Below, one piece after another: positions 56,704 to 64,000 of a DNA stretch of 64,000 bases; position 1 is the first letter of the stretch, and every line of letters starts with the position of its first letter. The stretch spans positions 11,842,001 through 11,906,000 of the forward strand of contig OZ059896.1 of NCBI GenBank assembly GCA_964057225.1. The letters are read 5' to 3'. The notes under the pieces were generated by a model. That model saw nothing but the letters and a program-made list of their open reading frames with translations. It did not search any database and had not been told where the DNA came from. The translations under genes were made by a program, and so were the position numbers. This stretch comes from Auanema rhodensis (taxonomy: Eukaryota > Animalia > Nematoda).

Positions 56704-57380
56704 TGAGAAGGTGACTTGTATCAAACTCATCAGAGCTAGGAGTGGTATGGCTGATTTGTGCGGCCTCGGTTGACGTGTGTGTCGGATCGTCTTGATTATG
56801 GTCATTATGATGGTGGTGCATAATCGTATCCAAAGCCGGATTGGTTTTCCTATGACCCATGGTGTGTATAGAATGCCGTAGCATAAGGCTGTGAGCATGT
56901 ATGTAAGGAATGTGAGAAGTAGCATTGATGTCCATGGCCAGCAAGATGGATTGAAAAGTGTAGCAGTGCAGAAGGTGCATGTGACAGTGGAGCAGAAATG
57001 TACCGCTGGGTGATCATCATGTGATGAATTCTGGAATTGTGTTGGAAGGTCCAGCTTACGTCGTAGTTGGTTAGGATGTCCGCTGGGGGAAATATAAGGT
57101 TTCCATCGTGGCTGTTGTTATAGCATGTGTTGTGGATGCATACTTGTTGATTGTTTGTCGAGATTCCTTGAATTTGAACTCCTTGGTAGTTGCAAGATAT
57201 TGTTGGTGTGGCAGAGATGATGGGTAGAAGTATTGAGAATATTGATAGAAAGGTGAATAGGTTTGTTCTTTGTTCTCCGTACCATAATCTAGGTACGTTC
57301 CTTGGATTAGACTGCCTTATTGGTGGGACATCTTTCGAAGGATTAGTGTTTCGTAGTCTTTCAGGAATGTCGTCGTCTGA
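56704..57380 (-). pseudogene. Linker, signal peptide and short Cys-rich Gn-like membrane protein preceding Gc; frameshifted
   Basis: Signal-like TNLFTFLSIFSILLPIISA (57210-57266) is followed by a Cys-rich ectodomain. After a frameshift near 57010 it reads PAVHFCSTVTCTFCTATLFNPSCWPW, then a TM segment, a basic tail and a second signal-like segment AIPLLALMSLIQVTFS. Confidence 0.75.
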
Positions 57381-59078
57381 GAGTTCCAGCGGATGTAGAA
57401 GGTTCACTGGTCGTTTGAGTTCTCTGCCTGATTCTGAAAGAAGCGTGACTTCTCTGGTCTGTCCGTTCTTGTCTGGTGAGATATGTGTGATTTTTCAATC
57501 GGCCATTTGTACCGAGGTATCGGACTGTCGTTGATAAGTACGTATTGGTCGATTCTTGGCTGTTGATTGGAACCAGCTTTCTTCACCGAGATGTTGTTCT
57601 TGTGGTGTTCTCTTAACTCTTTGAGGTAGAGTTCGATCCATAACTCCCAGAATTTGTTTGTGCGTTGTCTGGAGGAATGGATGGCTTTTTCTGTGTCTGC
57701 TCTTGTTTGTAATTCAGGGTTGTCGAGGTATTCTTCGTCGTCATCGTCCGAGTGGAATGAAATGTTCAGGTCCAAGTCTTTGTGAATAAAGTCACATGGT
57801 CTGATTATTTCATCTGTTCCTGTGTCGGATCCGATGTATGTGAGTGGGCGAGTGTTGAGTGTTGCTTCACATTCAGCTAAGGTGATTGACAGTTCTTCGC
57901 TTGTTGGTATGTTCTTCATGGTTTTGTGAAGAGAGTCTTTTACTGATCGGATAAGGCGTTCGTAGAATCCTGCTTGCCAGGGGGCGTAAGGTGTTATGTT
58001 GTGCCATTTTATCTTATGGCTGTCACCTGTTTGTGTCGTGTTGGCGATGCTGAACAGTCTGTTCGCCACTTTCTGTCCTAGTTCGAATGTGGTGGCGTTA
58101 TCGCAAGTGATGCTTTCCGGATATCCTCTACGTGCCCATATCTTCCTTAGACAGTTAAGAAATGCTTTTGTGGTAAGGTCTTCTATAACTTCTAAGTGTA
58201 GTAGGCGTGTGACTGTGCAGGTATAGATGCAACCCCATACTTTGTGAGGTTTGTCCTTTACCGTCAGCGGTCCGAAGTAGTCGAGGCCTATGTGTTGGAA
58301 TGGTCGGCTTCGGTTGAGTCTTCTGCTGGGTATGTCGCCAGATGGGGGGTACGTGAATGGTCGGTTGTTCATTCGTTGGCACTCTACGCATCTTCGTATG
58401 ACTGAGATGGTTTGTGAGCGAAGTTGTGGTATCCAGAATTTCTGTCGAACTTCGGCCATGGTGTGTGACGTGCTTTTGTGAAATCGGTTGTGGACGTGTT
58501 CGATAATTAAGGTGGCTGTCCTTGTTTTGGGTAAGACGATGATAGGAAGTTTTGCACTCTCATCTAGTTCACTATTCTGCATTCGTCCGCGGCTGTGCCA
58601 AAGATGATCTTTCAACAGTGGTCTTAAGTCGTTTCGTTGTGCTGCTGTAAGACGTACGAGTAGGTTGTGTTGATGCAGATGGAGAAGGTTCAGTTCGGCT
58701 TCTTCGTAATGTGTCGGTAGTCGTTTCTCTAACAGCGAATAATTCTCTGCGATCCATTTTTCTTGTGCTTGGATCCATGTGTTGCAGTGTTCTAGCCAGG
58801 ATTCTTCGTATTCTTCAGATGTCCTAGCTGTATTCACTGTGATTTCTGGTTGAGGTAATGAGAAGAGGGGACCATTAATGGCTTTGTCAATTTGTGCTTT
58901 GGGATTCCACCAGAAATGATTTAGTAGCTCGTCTGTTGTGCAACCTCTTGTGGCAATGTCGGCTGGGTTGTCTTTGGTGTTGATGTAACCAAAGTATGTC
59001 TTGATATCCATATCTTCGATTTGGTCGATGTGGTCGTAGATTTCCTTGATTCTGTTTTGTACTAAGACTCCTGAGTGA
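57381..59078 (-). pseudogene. pol: pol remnant: end of RNase H, connector and integrase (HHCC, DDE core, Pao C-terminal domain)
   Basis: ORF 57404..59098 contains NPADIATRG, HVHNRFH...CVEC, and catalytic D (GLDYFGP), D (TCDNA) and E (FYERL). A frameshift near 57491-57497 (WPI|KITHISPDKNGQTREVTL...KRPVNLLHPLEL) would rejoin it to the env frame. It has no true start because it is fused out of frame to gag. Confidence 0.92.
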
Positions 59079-59697
59079 GTGTGTGGAACAAGCACCAAAA
59101 GTTTTTCCAGCTTTTCACGTTGCCATCGAAGCGTGGGATATCGACAGGTTTGAGTGTTGGCCGTGATCGATATGTTTCCCAGCTTCGAGGTTGTGTGGCG
59201 TGTGTGAGTTCAGCAGTTCCAACGAGGTGGTGCTCAGAGGGCTGTGAACTGTCTGTGTGTGTTGGGTCAGGGCTGTTCTCAGTGTGGTTGAGACCCTTCA
59301 GGTAGTTGACTTGTTCTTGTATGTCGTTACTGTATGACAGAAGGGTTGAGATGTGTTTCCGCAGAGTTTCTTCGTTCTTCGTGATCCGACTTTGGTCCTC
59401 GGGGCGTAGGTCTGTTGGGATGTGTTTCATCTCGTCCATCAGTTTGTTGATGGCGAGGATGTCCCTATTGATGTTTGAAATCTCCCTTTCACGGGTGTCA
59501 ATCATGCTTTGGGTTTTGTTGGAGGTATTAGTAACTTGACGTACCGCATATGATTTCCTCCTTGCGTCGTTGTCCTTGAGCTTAGCGAGTAATAATGAGC
59601 AGCTGCTGTTCCATTGTTCGGCGCGAGTTTCTTCGTTGGACTCGGCTTGATGCACCATGTCGTTTTGTCCTCTAGTTGGAGAGCGAATAACGGGCAT
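59062..59697 (-). pseudogene. gag: Truncated gag (N-terminal helical region plus the start of the Pao capsid-like DUF1759-type domain)
   Basis: The motif LKPVDIPRFDGNVKSWKNFWCLF is followed by a stop within a few codons, at the deletion junction. No Cys/His knuckles remain. The start codon is uncertain. Confidence 0.8.
59641..59657 (-). promoter_or_regulatory. Primer binding site, tRNA-Gly(GCC) type
   Basis: TGGTGCATCAAGCCGAG follows the 5' LTR CA with no spacer. The first 9 nt are complementary to ...GATGCACCA, the 3' end of invertebrate tRNA-Gly(GCC) as I recall it. Confidence 0.85.
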
Positions 59698-59714
59698 TTG
59701 TGGTTCAGTGGTAG
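59694..59714 (+). other. 21-nt segment matching the 5' end (acceptor strand plus D arm, A box) of tRNA-Gly(GCC), in U5; second copy at 53856-53876
   Basis: GCATTTGTGGTTCAGTGGTAG compared with the recalled tRNA-Gly(GCC) start GCAT(C/T)GGTGGTTCAGTGGTAG gives 19-20 of 21 matches. Confidence 0.75.
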
Positions 59715-59875
59715 TGGAATATTAGTCCAAGTAATAGGCAATAGACGCGAGTACAAGAGAAGAGTTTATTATCGGCAATACGAATACAATACGAGTAAAA
59801 TAGAAATAAATTGACGGGAAGATGATAGCGGTGGCAGAATGATATTGAGACATGATTTAGAAGAATTATTGCGGG

Positions 59876-59883
59876 TTTATATA
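59876..59883 (-). promoter_or_regulatory. Putative LTR TATA box (TATATAAA)
   Basis: CCTAGTATATAAACCCGC on the element strand, mid-LTR and upstream of the AATAAA. Confidence 0.65.
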
Positions 59884-60190
59884 CTAGGTCCCCGGAAGTG
59901 ATAGATAATGTATTAATTGTAGAAGGCGAGAGGAGGGGTCTAAATCCTACGTGATTCATCCCCCTTGCAAGTGGGCGACGGCTATCGCGCCTAAGATCTT
60001 GCCTAATGGATCAGATGGCAAAGGGCGATAGGTGATTCATCGGCAAATCGGCCGTTGGTGACAACTTACAGGATTATCGATTAGATAGTTGAGGATAATG
60101 GATAGTATAAAGAGAGGACAATAAAGAAGTACAATTGAACTTAAACTAAGGAGGAACACTATTATCACGGGATGAGAATGCTTCAGCACA

Positions 60191-60195
60191 CCGCT
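60191..60195. repeat. Right target-site duplication (CCGCT)
   Basis: Directly follows the ...CAGCACA end of the element. Confidence 0.95.
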
Positions 60196-63100
60196 ATTTC
60201 ATAATTTCTTTTTTTAAATTTTTAATCATTAAAAAACATTTAAATTTCAATATTGTGATGCTCAAAAACTGAAACATTTAAATATTCTGTAATTTTTAAA
60301 CCATTTCACTCCATCTCTTTCATTTAATTCCATATTTTCACAATTTCATATTTTTACCACTATTTCATAATTTGATTTTTTAAATTTTTAATCATTAAAA
60401 AACATTTAAATTTCAATATTGTGATGCTCAAAAACTGAAACATTTAAATATTTTGTATTTTCTAAACCATTTTACTCCATCTATTTTATTTAATCCCATA
60501 TTTTCACAATTTCATATTTTTACCACTATTTCATAATTTAATTTTTAAAATTTTAATCTTTAAAAAACATTTAAATTTCAATATTGTGATGATCCAAAAC
60601 TGAAACCTTTAAATATTTTTTATTTTCTAAACCATTTCACTCCATCTATTTTATTCAATCCCATATTTTAAACAATTTTATATTTCTACCACAATTTCAT
60701 AATTTCATTTTTTAAATTTTTAATCATTAAAAAACATTTAAATTTCAATATTGTGATGCTCAAAAACTGAAACATTTAAATATTTTGTAATTTCTAAACC
60801 ATTTCACTCCATCTCTTTTATTTAATTCCATATTTTAAACAATTTTATATTTCTACCACAATTTCATAATTTCATTTTTTAAATTTTTAATCATCAAAAA
60901 ACATTTGAATTTCAATATTGTGATGCTCAAAAACTGAAACATTTAAATATTTTGTATTTTCTAAACCATTTCACTCCATCTATTTCATTTAATCCCATAT
61001 TTTAAACAATTTTATATTTCTACCGCTATTTCATAATTTCATTTTTTAAATTTTTAATCATTAAAAAACATTTAAATTTCAATATTTTGATGCTCAAAAA
61101 CTGAAACATTTAAATATTCTGTATTTTCTAAACCATTTTACTCCATCTCTTTTATTTAATTCCATATTTTAAACAATTTTATATTTTTACCGCTATTTCA
61201 TAAAATCATTTTTTAAATTTTTAATCATTAAAAAACATTTAAATTTCAATATTGTGATGCTCAAAAACTGAAACATTTGAATATTCTGTAATTTCTAAAC
61301 CATTTCACTCCATCTCTTTTATTTAATTCCATATTTTAAACAATTTTATATTTCTACCACAATTTCATAATTTCATTTTTTAAATTTTTAATCATTAAAA
61401 AACATTTGAATTTCAATATTGTGATGCTCAAAAACTGAAACATTTAAATATTCTGTATTTTCTAAACCATTTCACTCCATCTCTTTTATTTAGATCCATA
61501 TTTTAAACAATTTTATATTTCTACCACGAATTCATAATTTCCTTTTTTAAATTTTTAATCATTAAAAAACATTTAAATTTCAATATTGTGATGCTCAAAA
61601 ACTGAAACATTTGAATATTCTGTAATTTCTAAACCATTTCACTCTATCTCTTTTATTTAATTCCATATTTTAAACAATTTTATATTTCTACCACAATTTC
61701 ATAATTTCATTTGTTAAATTTTTAATCATTAAAAAACATTTGAATTTCAATATTGTGATGCTCAAAAACTGAAACATTTAAATATTCTGTATTTTCTAAA
61801 CCATTTTACTCCATCTCTTTTATTTAATTCCATATTTTAAACAATTTTATATTTTTACCGCTATTTCATAAATTCATTTTTTAAATTTTTAATCATTAAA
61901 AAACATTTAAATTTCAATATTGTGATGCTCAAAAACTGAAACATTTGAATATTCTGTAATTTCTAAACCATTTCACTCCATCTCTTTTATTTAATTCCAT
62001 ATTTTAAACAATTTTATATTTCTACCACAATTTCATAATTTCATTTTTTAAATTTTTAATCATTAAAAAACATTTGAATTTCAATATTGTGATGCTCAAA
62101 AACTGAAACATTTAAATATTCTGTATTTTCTAAACCATTTCACTCCATCTCTTTTATTTAGATCCATATTTTAAACAATTTTATATTTCTACCACGAATT
62201 CATAATTTCCTTTTTTAAATTTTTAATCATTAAAAAACATTTAAATTTCAATATTGTGATGCTCAAAAACTGAAACATTTGAATATTCTGTAATTTCTAA
62301 ACCATTTCACTCCATCTCTTTTATTTAATTCCATATTTTAAACAATTTTATATTTCTACCACAATTTCATAATTTCATTTGTTAAATTTTTAATCATTAA
62401 AAAACATTTGAATTTCAATATTGTGATGCTCAAAAACTGAAACATTTAAATATTCTGTATTTTCTAAACCATTTCACTCCATCTCTTTTATTTAGATCCA
62501 TATTTTAAACAATTTTATATTTCTACCACGAATTCATAATTTCTTTTTTTAAATTTTTAATCATTAAAAAACATTTAAATTTCAATATTGTGGTGCTCAA
62601 AAACTGAAACATTTAAATATTCTGTATTTTCTAAACCATTTCACTCCATCTCTTTTATTTAGATCCATATTTTAAACAATTTTATATTTCTACCACGAAT
62701 TCATAATTTCTTTTTTTAAATTTTTAATCATTAAAAAACATTTAAATTTCAATATTGTGATGATCAAAAACTGAAACATTTAAATATTTTGTATTTTCTA
62801 AACCATTTCACTCCATATCTTTTATTTAATTCCATATTTTAAACAATTTTATATTTCTACCACATTTTCATAATTTCATTTTTTAAATTTTTAATCATCA
62901 AAAAACATTTGAATTTCAATATTGTGATGATCCAAAACTGAAACCTTTAAATATTTTTTATTTTCTAAACCATTTCACTCCATCTATTTTATTTAATCCC
63001 ATATTTTAACAATTTTATATTTTCACCACAATTTCATAATTTCATTTTTTAAATTTTTAATCATCAAAAAACATTTAAATTTCAATATTGTGATGATCCA

Positions 63101-64000
63101 AAACTGAAACCTTTAAATATTTTTTATTTTCTAAACCATTTCACTCCATCTATTTTATTTAATCCCATATTTTAACAATTTTATATTTTCACCACAATTT
63201 CATAATTTCATTTTTTAAATTTTTAATCATCAAAAAACATTTAAATTTCAATATTGTCCAAAACTGAAACCTTTAAATATTTTTTATTTTCTAAACCATT
63301 TCACTCCATCTATTTTATTTAATCCCATATTTTAACAATTTTATATTTTCACCACTATTTCATAATTTCATTTTTTAAATTTTTAATCATCAAAAAACAT
63401 TTAAATTTCAATATTGTGATGATCCAAAACTGAAACCTTTAAATATTTTTTATTTTCTAAACCATTTCACTCCATCTATTTTATTTAATCCCATATTTTA
63501 ACAATTTTATATTTTCACCACTATTTCATAATTTCATTTTTTAAATTTTTAATCATCAAAAAACATTTAAATTTCAATATTGTGATGATCCAAAACTGAA
63601 ACCTTTAAATATTTTTTATTTTCTAAACCATTTCACTCCATCTATTTTATTTAATCCCATATTTTAAACAATTTTATATTTCTACCGCTATTTCATAATT
63701 TCATTTTTTAAATTTTTAATCATCAAAAAACATTTAAATTTCAATATTGTGATGATCCAAAACTGAAACCTTTAAATATTTTTTATTTTCTAAACCATTT
63801 CACTCCATCTATTTTATTCAATCCCATATTTTAAACAATTTTATATTTCTACCGCTATTTCATAATTTCATTTTTTAAATTTTTAATCTTTAAAAAACAT
63901 TTAAATTTCAATATTGTGATGCTCAAAAACTGAAACATTTAAATATTCTGTATTTTCCAAACCATTTTACTCCATCTCCTTTATTTAATCCCATATTTTA
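60191..64000 (-). repeat. 167-bp satellite, inverted orientation, about 23 copies, continuing past the window end
   Basis: Resumes in phase after the TSD and has its own variants (TAGATCC, ACCACGAATTC, GATCCAAAACTGAAACCTTT). Confidence 0.97.

Larger units (their letters stand above)
53820..60190 (-). mobile_element. BEL/Pao (Belpaoviridae) LTR retroelement with phlebovirus-like env; internally deleted and non-autonomous; 6371 bp
   Basis: Two 533-bp direct repeats with TG...CA ends, a 5-bp TSD, a PBS and a PPT-like site. Pao-type motifs: IPRFDGNVKSWKNFW (gag), VQNRIKEI and NPADIATRG (RNase H end), PFQHIGLDYFGP / CDNATTF / PWQAGFYERLI (integrase), FWELW...YLKELRE and KRPVNLLHPLE (IN C-terminus). 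A Gc fusion loop follows. Confidence 0.96.
59658..60190 (-). repeat. 5' LTR (533 bp)
   Basis: Reads TGTGCTGAAG...AAAACGACA on the element strand, is followed by the PBS, and is 531/533 identical to the other LTR. Confidence 0.96.

Noticed and set aside
57489-57497. Programmed ribosomal frameshift between IN and env
   Set aside because: It falls inside the conserved IN C-terminal domain and has no canonical slippery heptamer. A 1-bp loss or sequencing error is more likely.
57404-59098. Intact stand-alone 564-aa integrase gene
   Set aside because: The ORF start is a non-ATG codon in gag-derived sequence at the deletion junction, and the C-terminus is frameshifted.
54405-59814. Short + strand ORFs and alternative-frame minus ORFs in the track
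   Set aside because: They are antisense or off-frame shadows of gag/pol/env with no independent support.
59694-59950. Complete tRNA gene or SINE in the LTR
   Set aside because: Similarity stops after 21 nt and there is no anticodon or T arm. The only B-box-like string (GGTCTAAATCC, ~59937) is degenerate and ~230 bp away.
63241-63265. 6-bp loss (GATGAT) in one monomer
   Set aside because: Ordinary slippage in a short GAT repeat.
1-64000. Assignment as a centromere or to a named species or satellite family
   Set aside because: I do not recognise the monomer. The nematode origin is inferred only from the element type, and nematodes are typically holocentric.

Overview
This is a eukaryotic, probably nematode, heterochromatic window. 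About 57.6 kb is one AT-rich (~19% GC) satellite with a 167-bp monomer arranged in shifting higher-order repeats. The array runs forward from 1 to ~49527, flips orientation at a short perfect hairpin (49525-49548) and runs in reverse to the window end. A 6371-bp BEL/Pao (Belpaoviridae) LTR element is inserted on the minus strand at 53820-60190. It has TG...CA ends, a CCGCT target-site duplication, 533-bp LTRs differing at only 2 sites and a tRNA-Gly-type PBS. It has lost the gag C-terminus, protease, RT and most of RNase H. It keeps an integrase and a phlebovirus-like class II envelope (short Gn-like plus Gc), broken by 3 frameshifts and a stop. The most unusual signals are: (1) a 21-nt copy of the tRNA-Gly 5' end in U5, 36 nt from the PBS, which suggests a bipartite primer interaction; (2) an intact ~250-aa coiled-coil protein in frame after Gc with a KETQT (LC8-type) motif; (3) very young LTRs around a heavily decayed interior; (4) a fold-back-like satellite inversion. 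All calls were made by eye; no searches were run.
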